From assembly GCA_026986435.1 (NCBI GenBank), contig JALSOP010000035.1:1-57163 (forward strand): a stretch of 57,163 bases of DNA. Direction: 5' to 3'. Position 1 is the stretch's first letter, and each line of letters starts with the position of its first letter. Origin of the DNA: Desulfurococcales archaeon. GTDB lineage: Archaea; Thermoproteota; Thermoprotei_A; Sulfolobales; NBVN01. The translations under genes and the position numbers were made by a program. Positions 35,727 through 45,610 of the stretch are shown here, piece by piece. The notes below the pieces were generated by a model that had not been told where the DNA came from, did not search any database, and saw nothing but the letters and a program-made list of their open reading frames with translations.

Positions 35727-36511
35727 CTCAGAAAAGCCTTCACAGCATCACTCCTGTCAACAATGCCAACCAGAGAACTATTCTCATCGGTCACAGGAAC
35801 CCTGCCGATCTCCTTATCCAACAGTACCTCAACGACCCTCACAACCTCATCGTCCGGAGACACTGACACAGCCGGCGTCGTCATGGCGTCCTTGACCCTC
35901 GGCCCTCTCCTAGGCCCACCAGGGGACTCCAACTCGATCCTCGTGTAACCCCTCCTAAGGAGGTCGTGCTGTGTTATCATCCCAATTAGCTCGAGAGTCT
36001 TCGCGCTTCTAACGACAGGGAATCCACTTATTTGAAGCTCAACCATCCTTCTCCATACCCTCGATATGGGCTCATCGGGGAGCACGTACTCAAGAGGCGA
36101 TGTAGTCATTATTTCCTCAACCTTCATGCCAGCCCTCAGCCTACCCTTCCTTAACATAAATCCAAGGAACGAGGCCAAGCTCACGACACCTACGTACTTC
36201 CCGCTCCTCTCATCCACCACTGGCGAATACCACTCATCGAACTCGACCATGGCTCTTACAGACTCGAACATGTCATCGTCGGGACGGAATATTAGCCGGG
36301 GCCTGTCAGCGGCGTCGCGGACTGTTGCTGTTGAGCGTGTCGATGTGAGTAGGAGAACGCTTTCTCTTTTTATAACGCCATAAAGTGAATCCTCCTCAAC
36401 TATGGGTAGCATTCTTAGTCCTATATCCCTCATCAAGGCTCGAGCCTTGGTGAGAGGGTCATCGGGTGATACGGTTGGGTAGTGAGAATCGATAAGGAGC
36501 TTAACCTTCAA
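35723..36511 (-). CDS. Stand-alone CBS-domain protein (4 CBS motifs), paralogue 1 of 4
   Basis: 262 aa. DSLYGVIKRESV, GKYVGVVSLASF, LELIGMITQHDL and SSLVGIVDRSDA. Confidence 0.9.
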   Translation of the reverse strand: MKVKLLIDSHYPTVSPDDPLTKARALMRDIGLRMLPIVEEDSLYGVIKRESVLLLTSTRSTATVRDAADRPRLIFRPDDDMFESVRAMVEFDEWYSPVVDERSGKYVGVVSLASFLGFMLRKGRLRAGMKVEEIMTTSPLEYVLPDEPISRVWRRMVELQISGFPVVRSAKTLELIGMITQHDLLRRGYTRIELESPGGPRRGPRVKDAMTTPAVSVSPDDEVVRVVEVLLDKEIGRVPVTDENSSLVGIVDRSDAVKAFLR

Positions 36512-36532
36512 GGAGTCACCATTAATACTATG

Positions 36533-38488
36533 TCATTCAGGCGATTTATCTCTTCTAACCGCCCTTCCGCCGTAACCAACGATTCTTGATGGACCCGGAA
36601 CCTTGTTGATTACGTGATCAGCCTTAAGGTCGATTAAGCCCGGGACCACCTTTCTGAGTCTCTCCACGATCTTCTCAGCTACCTTACCCTTCTTGATGTT
36701 GCCGGGCTCTATAACCACGTACACCTCTGCACGGCCCCCGATAACTTCTTCTGGACCAGCGACCAGTCTGTACCCGTCTGCGCCGACCAATTCCGCCCCT
36801 ATTGCCAGGCGTAGCCTCACCCCCTTTATATAATTCTTCTTCCCGTAAACCATGAACGAGCCTTTCGGCAGGTACTGGCCTGGAGGCGGAGACTTACTGA
36901 CCTGCTCACCACGCACCCAGAACACGTCAACGGCAACAAATCCCGAAGACCAGGCCTTGCTGTATGATGCAGCCATTACTGCAACTTCCCTTATATCGCT
37001 ATCCGGGACGTCCCTCCCTTCCGTTAATATGACAAAAGCGGATGCCCCATGCACGTCAGCGTGGACGAAGATGTCTCGGGGGCCCAGATACTTCCGCACC
37101 ACTTTCTCATTCTGCTGCGCATCCCTCCCCCCGATTGCGAGGAATCCGTGGCTCGTGATGAGCCAGTGGTATGTGTCATACCACTCGATAATCCTCCGCA
37201 ACTTTCTTACACTGGCCTTCGCTCGCACTTCAGCTAGTCTCCTCTCGAGTTCCTCCACCGCCTTCCTCCCTCTCTCTAGCCTCTCCCTCTCTTTCTCTAG
37301 CTTCTTCATTAAGAGGGCATGCTGTCTGTGAAGAGGCTCCATCACATTCAATGAGAGCTCGGTACCATTAATGGTGACCTTAAACACACCTCTGGAAGGC
37401 TCTACGTCATCTACCCTGCAAAACTCACGTACTCTATCCCACCCCACACTCTTAACCGTCTCTCGAACACATCTCCAGAGCTTCTCGACAATGTAGTAAT
37501 TCTCGGAAAACACCCTCGCCTCCGCATCAAGGCGGTTTATCGCCTCCTTAATCTCCTCTAGTCTCCTAAGGGCCTCCTGGAGGAGGGCCTCATGCCTGGC
37601 TACCTCACCCTCACTGACCACTCCCTCGCTCAACACCTGAGAGAAGTAATCATCGACGGCCTTAGAGAACGAGTCATACTCCGTGTACTCAACCTCTGTC
37701 CCTCTGTAGAGGTTCTCCGGCATGAATGGGTGAAAAGCGATCGGCCTTCCCGAGACCTTCACGATGACGGGCCTTGGCGACTCAATAACGGCAAGTATGA
37801 AAGTCTTCACTTTCCTTATTAATTCAATAATAGCCTCCGCACCCAGTTCCTCAGGCTTACTAGCCCTCACCTCCTGCTGTATCACCTCATTCACAACCTC
37901 TGGAGGTATGCCCAGCTCCCTGACCAAGGCTGAGCCCACATTCTTTCCTTTCCTCAAGATGATGTCCGTGAGAACCCCCTCATCCTCCCTTAGGATATCG
38001 GGGAGCGGGGGTGGCAGGTAGTACCTGCCACCAGGCACGACAGTTCGGTCCTTAGCCTTTATCGATGAAGTGACAGCGAGCGCCTTACCCTCACGGTTCG
38101 CCAGGGCGGCGATTCCCCTTGGAATTAATTCGACGTAAAATAACAGTCTGGAGCCCTTGTTTCTCAAGGTTGCCTTGAGGATCCTCTCGAACCTCACCTG
38201 CTCCACGCCCTCGATCACGGCACCCCTCATGAACGCTCTAAATGTAGGCACCCATCCCCTCGCGTCCTTCTCGCCTATCTTCCACGTCACGTGCACCCTT
38301 CGGGCAGGTTCAATGAGTACGTAGCCGGACCCGATCTCCCCGCCCTTAATCTTGAGGAGCATGGTCGACGAGGACCTGTATATGTTATCAATTCTTCCGC
38401 CCACGAGAACCCTGTTGAGCTCTCGTGCCATCACCGCCGTATCAAGGGACGTGAAGGAAGACTTAGGCCTGCGATACGCCGTCGACAA
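36533..38488 (-). CDS. NFACT family protein (archaeal Rqc2/NEMF/FbpA homologue; NFACT-N + coiled coil + NFACT-R/DUF814)
   Basis: 651 aa. N-terminal SLDTAVMARELNRVLVGGRIDNIY, a central coiled coil (LEKERERLERGRKAVEELERRLAEV), and GRDAQQNEKVVRKYLGPRDIFVHADVHGASAFVI (DUF814 block). Confidence 0.85.
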   Translation of the reverse strand: MSTAYRRPKSSFTSLDTAVMARELNRVLVGGRIDNIYRSSSTMLLKIKGGEIGSGYVLIEPARRVHVTWKIGEKDARGWVPTFRAFMRGAVIEGVEQVRFERILKATLRNKGSRLLFYVELIPRGIAALANREGKALAVTSSIKAKDRTVVPGGRYYLPPPLPDILREDEGVLTDIILRKGKNVGSALVRELGIPPEVVNEVIQQEVRASKPEELGAEAIIELIRKVKTFILAVIESPRPVIVKVSGRPIAFHPFMPENLYRGTEVEYTEYDSFSKAVDDYFSQVLSEGVVSEGEVARHEALLQEALRRLEEIKEAINRLDAEARVFSENYYIVEKLWRCVRETVKSVGWDRVREFCRVDDVEPSRGVFKVTINGTELSLNVMEPLHRQHALLMKKLEKERERLERGRKAVEELERRLAEVRAKASVRKLRRIIEWYDTYHWLITSHGFLAIGGRDAQQNEKVVRKYLGPRDIFVHADVHGASAFVILTEGRDVPDSDIREVAVMAASYSKAWSSGFVAVDVFWVRGEQVSKSPPPGQYLPKGSFMVYGKKNYIKGVRLRLAIGAELVGADGYRLVAGPEEVIGGRAEVYVVIEPGNIKKGKVAEKIVERLRKVVPGLIDLKADHVINKVPGPSRIVGYGGRAVRRDKSPE

Positions 38489-38996
38489 TGCAAAGCACCT
38501 CCATCCTACCTAGTCTCCTGACTTCATGTCCTAGAGGACAGGACGCAGTGTCGCCTAGTACCGTATAAACTATCTTTCCTCCCGGCGAGAGAACACCCAT
38601 AAACCCCTTGAGCAGGTGTTGAAGGTCGTACCCAGTAAGGAGTACCGTAAAGAGGGTTATGCACCCGAACTTCTCAATGAATAGATTACTTACAAGCACC
38701 ATATCGGAGGCCACTCTCTCAACCACCACTTCACTCTTCCTACACTCATCACATCTCTCAAGCATCTCCCTACTGATGTCAAGACACAAGTACAGCTCCG
38801 GATCGGCGCCCGAATCTCTTAAGTGCTTGAGGAGTAGTCCAGTGCCGCACCCTATGTCAAGTATCCTCGCACCCCTGCATAAGTACTCTATCCCTCTGTA
38901 CTTATTGAGTTGCTCATCGCCGTAGAGTTCGTTATAAGAGGGTGCTATAGCGTCATAGTACTCCATTACCTCATAGGAGTCGTGAGCTTTGCCCAT
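38463..38996 (-). CDS. Class I SAM-dependent methyltransferase
   Basis: 177 aa. YYDAIAPSYNELYG and motif I ILDIGCGTGLL, then CLDISREML. Its 3' end overlaps the NFACT start by 26 nt. Confidence 0.8.
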   Translation of the reverse strand: MGKAHDSYEVMEYYDAIAPSYNELYGDEQLNKYRGIEYLCRGARILDIGCGTGLLLKHLRDSGADPELYLCLDISREMLERCDECRKSEVVVERVASDMVLVSNLFIEKFGCITLFTVLLTGYDLQHLLKGFMGVLSPGGKIVYTVLGDTASCPLGHEVRRLGRMEVLCIVDGVSQA

Positions 38997-39000
38997 CTCT

Positions 39001-39276
39001 TCACCTCATCGCCGCTGTGTAACTCAGTGCCTCATAGATCCCTGCCCAGAAGATGAATTCTAGGGAGTAGAATACTGAGACACCCTTCTTGAGCCCTGCG
39101 CCCCCGCCAGAAATCCGCATGATCATAACGAATACGGGATACGCCGCCAGATACAGGGCTACCAGGAGATACGATACCGTCTCTGATGGGGGGCTGAGCA
39201 CCGCTGACACCATACCCAATACCGCGCCAGCGATCGCCCCAGCGACAGACTTCAGCCTCAGCTCGCTACTGAACAC
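39001..39276 (-). CDS. Small integral membrane protein (about 3 TM helices), hypothetical
   Basis: 91 aa with hydrophobic segments AGAIAGAVLGMVSAVL, YLLVALYLAAYPVFVMIM and FYSLEFIFWAGIY. Confidence 0.5.
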   Translation of the reverse strand: MFSSELRLKSVAGAIAGAVLGMVSAVLSPPSETVSYLLVALYLAAYPVFVMIMRISGGGAGLKKGVSVFYSLEFIFWAGIYEALSYTAAMR

Positions 39277-39774
39277 CTACTCCACCCTACATACAGGCAA
39301 CACGCGGGATATTTCATTAACTACGCTTGGTAACTCGACACAGGAGAACTCAGTAGGGCTGAGAAGGAGCGGGTTAGAGAGATCAAGAGTGCCGGGGCCC
39401 ATATGCTTGGCAACGATAACCCTAGCATAGTCCCTAGCGAGTGATATATCGGCGATCAAGACAACTTTATCTGTTCTGCCAGCTATGCATCTCTCGCGAT
39501 CCCTCGAGACCTTGACGATATCACTGCACAGCTCCCTCGCGCTCGAGGCAGGTTTCACGAAGAGCGTCAGCCTGAGGATGCAATTACGAATAAGTTTCTT
39601 CAATTCACCCACGACATCCAGAAGAAGGCAGGGGTCGGCTCTGACGAGAACTGATCCGTGGTTGTAGTCGAGGAAAACCAGCCTGGCCTTGACGGAGTTA
39701 AGGAGCCTCTCCAGGCGCGCGACCCTGCGCTGATCCACTACACCCGCTATCTCCGCCCTCGCCTTTACCCGCAT
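39277..39774 (-). CDS. Hypothetical protein
   Basis: 165 aa from the ATG at 39774 (MRVKARAEIAGV...). The track start at 39864 would overlap the helicase gene by 100 nt, so I chose the 10-nt overlap. No family recognised. Confidence 0.4.
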   Translation of the reverse strand: MRVKARAEIAGVVDQRRVARLERLLNSVKARLVFLDYNHGSVLVRADPCLLLDVVGELKKLIRNCILRLTLFVKPASSARELCSDIVKVSRDRERCIAGRTDKVVLIADISLARDYARVIVAKHMGPGTLDLSNPLLLSPTEFSCVELPSVVNEISRVLPVCRVE

Positions 39775-42461
39775 CCTTTCATCACCTGCAGGTATGCCAT
39801 AGCATTGAGGATAGCTAGGTCGAGCAATTCCAGGGGGATGTGGTAGTACGTCACGGACCCGCATCCCCCCTTAACTGTGAGTTTGTAGACGTTATCAGTG
39901 TCAGCAAGTAGATTATTTAATATTCCTCTCTCAACGCTTTCAGCCGATAACAGAATCGATGAGGGCTGCTCTCCTCTCTCATAGTAAATCGTTACCTGAT
40001 ACACACTGCTCTTCGAGGGCGGGTCAAAGCATTCCTTGAAATCACTCTCAGCCAATGCCCTCAGATCCTTTGCAAGGGCCCACCTCTTCTCCCCCGTACT
40101 GACATCGTAAAATTCCACAACTCTATATCGCCCGCTAAACTTCCTCATTCCTTTAAGCTTCCTCTCTACGTAGCCCTCGTCAAGGCCCGTGAGAACCGCT
40201 AACTCCTCCACCGTGAAGGCATAGCCGGTCACACTATCAACCAGCAACCTATAGACGCCTCTGTACCAGGGCCTTGTCCGAGGAGACCTCAAGATCTCCT
40301 TCGCTATGGGTGAGACACCAGCGCCACTCACGAACCGCAGAGCGAGCTCAGCGTTCATGAACGCCTCAGCCAGGTGGCCCTTATCCTCGGCTCCGTATAG
40401 CACGCGCAGCTGCCTCAGTATCTCGGCACGGACAACGTCGTTCTTGGCCACTCCAAAACTCGGGAGGACCTCCTTCTCCAACACTGTGTACTCAGGCGAC
40501 ATGCTCAGCGCTCCCTTCACGAGGTCTTCCGAGTAGCCCGACCCGTATAGTTCCTTAATCAAGTCGCCACCACCCTCAACAGCTACTCCCAACGCTGAAG
40601 ACCTCACAGTAACTTCCCTTACCCTGCTACGCTTCGTGTGTAGCAGGAAGTGCAGCAGTAATGAGAATAGCTCGAATTCTCTTTGGGAGTAGGGGCCGTA
40701 GAGGATCAGCGTGTCACCATATTGCTCAACGAATAGCTCCCCCGGGTACGGCGCCCTACCGGGGTATCTCCTGAACCAGCTGGCAACCCTCTCAATGAAG
40801 TTATTGGGGCACGAGCCACTTACGCACTCATTTATCATTCTAAAAAGTTCTTTCGTGATCAGTTCAGACACCACCACAGGGGATCCGTGCCACTCAGGGG
40901 GCTCGCCTCCACCGGTGCTCGGCACCACCTCTATGCGCCCTAACCTCAAGTCTATCCCAACGATATCCCAGTTCTTGCCGGCGAGCCGGACTCTGTCACC
41001 TGGGCGGAGGTACTTAATCACGTACGCGTAGTCCAGGAACCCTATCTCCCTCTCCCTAAACACCACAACAACCTTATCATCCAATGACGGTATAAGTGAG
41101 AAGAACCTCCGAAAATCCCTTCCTGGGCCCTGCTGACTCCATATCCTATAGAACCTGTTCGTGAGCTTGAGTTCGTTGTTATGTCGGCGCACAATGCCCG
41201 CCTCCTTGAGCACCTCAACTATTGACCTCACCCTTTCCGCACCGCAGGGAAGCGATCTGGTGATTATAACGAGTACCTCATCCTCCTCCCTCGGTGAGCG
41301 CTCAAGAAGCATACCGGCTACCGCCCTCGCCACAACATCACCAAAGCATACTAGGGGAGTCCTCTCCTCAAGGAGCCCCTTCATCACGGCCGATGCCGAG
41401 GCAAGGGATAGCAAGTACTCGTAATCGTTTCTTGGAATGATGTAGCCGATTCCAACACCACCGCTTCTATGCCCCGATCTCCCCACCCTCTGAAGAAGGG
41501 CTGTCACGGAGGACGGCGGCCCCACATTTATGACTGCATCCACGTCACCCACGTCAATTCCGAGTTCCAGGGTTTTCGTGGCGATGACAGCCCTTAGGCC
41601 CCCCTCCTTAAGCATTCTCTCGACACTCTCCCTAACCCCTCTTGATACAGAGGAATGGTGAACAGCGAAGCCGCTGAGGCCCATTCCCTCTAACTCTGAG
41701 TGAAGCCTCTCAGCTAACCTCCTCGAGTCAATAAATATGAGGAGCTTACGATGATTCCTCATGATCTCCTTTATCGCGCCGGATACGTCATCGGTAGGTG
41801 GGATGACCTCCACCCTTATGCTTTTTAGTTCCTCCGAGCCTACGTGCATCCGCCCTCTCTTACTCGAGCTGGAGAAGGCGTCGAGGACACCTATCGGGTT
41901 ACTCACTGTTGCCGAGAGCATTATCAGCTGGAAATCACCTGCTAACCCCCTGAGCCTCTCGAGCAATACGGCGAGCTGCGCCCCTCTCTTCGTAGCTAGG
42001 ATCTCGTGAACCTCGTCAACGATGACCCACCTCACGTTCTTGAGCATGTCACGCATCCCGGGCGAGAGATCGATGTCGGACTCCAGGCTCTCCGGCGTTG
42101 TGACAAGGATGTGGGGACGCTCCTTCAGGCGCCTTCTTCTCTCTGCTTGAGCGACGTCACCGTGTTTCCTCGCAACCTTGACGCCGAGTGTCCTGCCGAG
42201 CCGGCTTATCCTCGCCGTTATGTCGTTGATGAGGGCCCGCAGGGGAGTGATGTAGAGGGCTGCTACGGGTTCCGGTCTCTTGACATGGATCTCCGAGATT
42301 ATGGGTACGATGGACGCCTCTGTCTTCCCCCACCCAGTCGGCGCCGTTATTATGACGTTGCACCCCTTCAGCACGGCGTCGAATGCCTTTAGCTGGTACT
42401 CGAACGGCGTTATCCCCAGACTCCTCAGCACCCTACGGATGACAGCGGCGGCGTCCGTCAT
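39765..42461 (-). CDS. Lhr-type (large helicase-related) superfamily 2 DEAD/DEAH-box helicase
   Basis: 898 aa. Motif I APTGWGKTEA, motif II VIVDEVHEI, motif III LSATV, motif VI LQRVGRSGHR, plus a long C-terminal extension as in Lhr-like helicases. Confidence 0.85.
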   Translation of the reverse strand: MTDAAAVIRRVLRSLGITPFEYQLKAFDAVLKGCNVIITAPTGWGKTEASIVPIISEIHVKRPEPVAALYITPLRALINDITARISRLGRTLGVKVARKHGDVAQAERRRRLKERPHILVTTPESLESDIDLSPGMRDMLKNVRWVIVDEVHEILATKRGAQLAVLLERLRGLAGDFQLIMLSATVSNPIGVLDAFSSSSKRGRMHVGSEELKSIRVEVIPPTDDVSGAIKEIMRNHRKLLIFIDSRRLAERLHSELEGMGLSGFAVHHSSVSRGVRESVERMLKEGGLRAVIATKTLELGIDVGDVDAVINVGPPSSVTALLQRVGRSGHRSGGVGIGYIIPRNDYEYLLSLASASAVMKGLLEERTPLVCFGDVVARAVAGMLLERSPREEDEVLVIITRSLPCGAERVRSIVEVLKEAGIVRRHNNELKLTNRFYRIWSQQGPGRDFRRFFSLIPSLDDKVVVVFREREIGFLDYAYVIKYLRPGDRVRLAGKNWDIVGIDLRLGRIEVVPSTGGGEPPEWHGSPVVVSELITKELFRMINECVSGSCPNNFIERVASWFRRYPGRAPYPGELFVEQYGDTLILYGPYSQREFELFSLLLHFLLHTKRSRVREVTVRSSALGVAVEGGGDLIKELYGSGYSEDLVKGALSMSPEYTVLEKEVLPSFGVAKNDVVRAEILRQLRVLYGAEDKGHLAEAFMNAELALRFVSGAGVSPIAKEILRSPRTRPWYRGVYRLLVDSVTGYAFTVEELAVLTGLDEGYVERKLKGMRKFSGRYRVVEFYDVSTGEKRWALAKDLRALAESDFKECFDPPSKSSVYQVTIYYERGEQPSSILLSAESVERGILNNLLADTDNVYKLTVKGGCGSVTYYHIPLELLDLAILNAMAYLQVMKGCG

Positions 42462-42554
42462 TGCTGTTGCTACCCCTGCTCCCAGAGTAATGTGTTCAGA
42501 CCTATTAACCGAAAGGCAATAATTTCCTCATCTCATCATCATTGGTTAAGCGGG

Positions 42555-42797
42555 ATGCCTAAGGAGAGGCTTGTCTGTGTTGTGTGCGGGCGAAAATTCC
42601 CACGTGGTCAAGGTGTCATACTGGTCATAGGGGGGAAGGAGTATAGCTTCCACAGTAAGGTATGCGCACTGAAGTTTGTGAGGAGGCTCCTTGAGGAGCT
42701 GGGTGAGGCGGCGTCCACTGCGGCGGAGGGGGTGGTGAGGGAGTTTGCTGAGGAGCTAAAGGTGAGGGAGGAGGCGAGGAAAAAGAAAATAGTTTAG
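42555..42797 (+). CDS. Small zinc-binding protein (TRASH / L24e-like fold) with acidic-basic helical tail
   Basis: 80 aa from the ATG at 42555. CVVCGRKFPRGQGVILVIGGKEYSFHSKVCALKF resembles the C..CG...G.G......g....FCS.KC pattern of L24e/TRASH domains. Confidence 0.5.
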   Translation: MPKERLVCVVCGRKFPRGQGVILVIGGKEYSFHSKVCALKFVRRLLEELGEAASTAAEGVVREFAEELKVREEARKKKIV

Positions 42798-42979
42798 GGT
42801 CGGTAACACGAGCCCTCTTCATCGATCATCTGTGTGGCGTCTGTCCTCATCCCCAGTAGGTGAGTGTTACCTATCTGACCCTCACGGCCTAATGGGGCGC
42901 ATAGCTTATTAGTAATTCGGTTTGAGACCTGGTTAGTTGAGGGAGGACCCTGAAGCACAAGCTAGCCCTTGTCAGGGCA

Positions 42980-43480
42980 GTGCACATGCTGACGCTTGTG
43001 AGCGTTGCGGTACTGAAGGATATAGGTAGGGTCTACTATGAAGGCAAGCACGAGTCGTTCTCGAGGGGCGAGGAGGCCGTCCTGCCCCTGTGGATCGCTG
43101 AGGCCCTTCCTGACAGCCTCGAGCTGCGCGAGCCCACAATAAGGGATCACGACATAGCTAACTATTCGATCTCCGAGGAGAGCGCTCGCCCCAGCGATCT
43201 CGTACCCCTTAAACGAACATTCTACTATGAGGCTGCCAAGCTGATCACCGAGTTGAGGAACTCAAGCGACTCCAGAGACCTGGCTAAGGCCGATAGGGTC
43301 GAGGCAGACCTGATGGCACTGATGAAGCGGAGGCTGAACAAAATAATGAGGCTGGCGTTTCTGGGAGCCGAGATCGATGACATAGCTGACAAGCTAACGC
43401 CTGAGGAGATCGCTCTCTTTCTTGAGCTGAAAGACAGCATCGAGGCTTGGGAGAGAGGTGTTGCCCTTGGCAGGCACTGA
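42980..43480 (+). CDS. GINS complex subunit (Gins23-like)
   Basis: 166 aa. GEEAVLPLWIAEAL and RRLNKIMRLA blocks. Sits immediately upstream of and overlapping mcm, the arrangement known for gins23-mcm in Sulfolobus. Confidence 0.7.
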   Translation: MHMLTLVSVAVLKDIGRVYYEGKHESFSRGEEAVLPLWIAEALPDSLELREPTIRDHDIANYSISEESARPSDLVPLKRTFYYEAAKLITELRNSSDSRDLAKADRVEADLMALMKRRLNKIMRLAFLGAEIDDIADKLTPEEIALFLELKDSIEAWERGVALGRH

Positions 43481-45605
43481 GTTCGTCGAGGAGTTCGGGG
43501 GAGGTGAGGAGTTAGTCGCTGATTACATGCTCATGTTCTACGACTTCCTCCGAACATTTAGAGAGAATAACAGGTTCAAATATGTAGAGAGGATCCAGGA
43601 GCTTATCCGTGAAGGGAGGATATCGCTCCATATAGACTATGAGGACCTGCTGCGCTTTGACCCGAAGCTCGTGTCTATTCTAGAAAATAGCCCCGAGGAT
43701 GCTCTCCAGGCCTTTTCGAAGGCTGTGAAGAAGCTGGTAGAGTCACTGGACCCCGATTACGCTGCGGCGGTGAGGAGGTTCTATCCTAGGCTAACTGGCT
43801 GGAAGACGAGGTTATCGATCAGGGAACTTGGGAGCCAGCACGTGGGGAGGCTGGTAATGGTTGACGGTATAGTGGTTAAGATGACGACGAAAAAAGAGAG
43901 AATGATTAAGGCGGTCTACCTACATGTCCTACCCACGGGCGAGTCTCACGAGTTCGAGTGGCCGCCTGGTGAGGAGGAAATGAAGGACGAGTCCGAGAAG
44001 CCTACCTACTGCCCGATCTGCGCCGAGAATATTCTCGGGGAGGAAGGGAAAGGAAGAGGTAGGGGCGTCTTCAAGCTCGTGCCCGAGAGGTCTGTCTTCA
44101 TAGACTGGCAGAAAATAACCGTGCAGGAGAAGCCCGAGGACGTGCCTGCTGGCACCATACCCAGGTCGGTTGACGTGATCCTCACCGAGGACCTCGTGGA
44201 CGCTGTGAGGCCGGGGGACAGGGTCTCTGTGATAGGCGTGCCCAAGCTCCTATCGATGGGTCCCTCGAAGAGGAGGGTAAGGAACCTCTTCTCCATCTAT
44301 CTTGAAGCGAATAACGTCATCGTCTCCCAGAGGTACCTCGAGGAGGTTAAGCTGAGCCCCGAGGACGAGGAGAAGATACTGAGGATGAGCAGGGACCCAC
44401 TCATAAGGAGGAAGATCATAGCGTCCATAGCCCCCACGATCTATGGCCACTGGGACATCAAGGAGGCAGTGGCGATGCTCCTCTTCGGAGGTGTGACGAA
44501 GGAGGTGGGCAACACAAGGAAGAGGGGGGAGATACATGTGCTACTCCTCGGCGACCCTGGAACGGCGAAGAGCGAGATGCTGCAGTTCGCCGCCAAGATA
44601 GCGCCAAGGGCTGTCTACACGACCGGTAAGGGATCATCGGCTGCTGGTCTGACGGCGGCTGTGCTCAGGGATAAGGATACGGGGGAGTACTTCCTCGAAG
44701 CAGGTGCCATGGTGCTGGCGGACGGGGGGATCGTCTGCATCGACGAGATAGACAAGATGAGGGAGGAGGACAGGTCAGCCATCCACACCGCTATGGAGCA
44801 GGGCTTCCTAAGCATAGCCAAGGCGGGTATCGTGGCCCAACTCAACGCTAGGGCAGCGATCCTCGCCGCCGGCAACCCGAAGCACGGGAGGTACATACCT
44901 GAGCTGGGACCTAAAGGGAACATAAACCTGCCGGACAGCATACTCTCGAGGTTCGACCTCATCTTCATAGTGAGGGACGTCGCCGACGTCGAGAGAGACA
45001 GGGCGATGATCGAGCACATACTCACAGCGCACGAGAAACCCACTGAGGTGCAGCCCGAGATCCCGCCCGACCTTCTTAGGAAGTACATAGCGTACGCGAG
45101 GAAGTACGTGAGGCCCAAGCTAACTCAGGAGGCGATCAACCTGATCACGGAGTACTTCGTGAGCCTCAGGAAGCTTAGTGCACAGAACCCCGAGGTACCG
45201 CTCCCCCTAACCCCGAGGCAGGGAGAGGGCCTGATAAGGCTGGCCGAGGCCTACGCCAAGATGGCCTTGAAGGACACTGTGGACGCTGAGGATGCCGCGG
45301 AAGCTATCAGGCTGATGAACTCCATGCTCGAGAGCGTTGGCCTGGACGTGGAGTCAAACATGATCGATATCGACCTGATCATGACGGGCAAGCCAAAAAG
45401 CATGAGGGAGAAGGAGATACTTGTTCTCAAGCTGATTAAGGAGAGGTACTCGGAGTACGGTAGGTGCGTGCTCCATAAGGAGCTGCTTGAGGAGCTGAGG
45501 GAGCACGGGATAACGGATGACGCGCTCAAGCAGATAATAAAGAACCTCAAGCGCTCCGGCGACGTGTACGTCCCCAGGTACATGTGCTACGCACCGGTTG
45601 AGTGA
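43458..45605 (+). CDS. mcm: MCM replicative helicase
   Basis: 715 aa. Walker A GDPGTAKS, Walker B CIDEIDKM, arginine finger SRFDLIF, C-terminal wHTH. No intein. Confidence 0.97.
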   Translation: MLPLAGTEFVEEFGGGEELVADYMLMFYDFLRTFRENNRFKYVERIQELIREGRISLHIDYEDLLRFDPKLVSILENSPEDALQAFSKAVKKLVESLDPDYAAAVRRFYPRLTGWKTRLSIRELGSQHVGRLVMVDGIVVKMTTKKERMIKAVYLHVLPTGESHEFEWPPGEEEMKDESEKPTYCPICAENILGEEGKGRGRGVFKLVPERSVFIDWQKITVQEKPEDVPAGTIPRSVDVILTEDLVDAVRPGDRVSVIGVPKLLSMGPSKRRVRNLFSIYLEANNVIVSQRYLEEVKLSPEDEEKILRMSRDPLIRRKIIASIAPTIYGHWDIKEAVAMLLFGGVTKEVGNTRKRGEIHVLLLGDPGTAKSEMLQFAAKIAPRAVYTTGKGSSAAGLTAAVLRDKDTGEYFLEAGAMVLADGGIVCIDEIDKMREEDRSAIHTAMEQGFLSIAKAGIVAQLNARAAILAAGNPKHGRYIPELGPKGNINLPDSILSRFDLIFIVRDVADVERDRAMIEHILTAHEKPTEVQPEIPPDLLRKYIAYARKYVRPKLTQEAINLITEYFVSLRKLSAQNPEVPLPLTPRQGEGLIRLAEAYAKMALKDTVDAEDAAEAIRLMNSMLESVGLDVESNMIDIDLIMTGKPKSMREKEILVLKLIKERYSEYGRCVLHKELLEELREHGITDDALKQIIKNLKRSGDVYVPRYMCYAPVE

Positions 45606-45610
45606 ACAGC

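Noticed and set aside
42500-42553. Possible C/D sRNA on the minus strand (AATGATGATGAG...GGTCTGAAC) in the Lhr / zinc-protein divergent promoter region
   Set aside because: C-like and D-like boxes are present, but no register gives 12-nt guide spacing or a recognisable D'/C' pair, and there is no terminal stem. This is more likely chance in a promoter region.
42798-42979. The 182-bp gap upstream of gins-mcm, examined for an sRNA or origin-recognition-box-like repeats
   Set aside because: I found no C/D box arrangement with proper spacing, no repeated ORB-like element and no AT-rich unwinding stretch.
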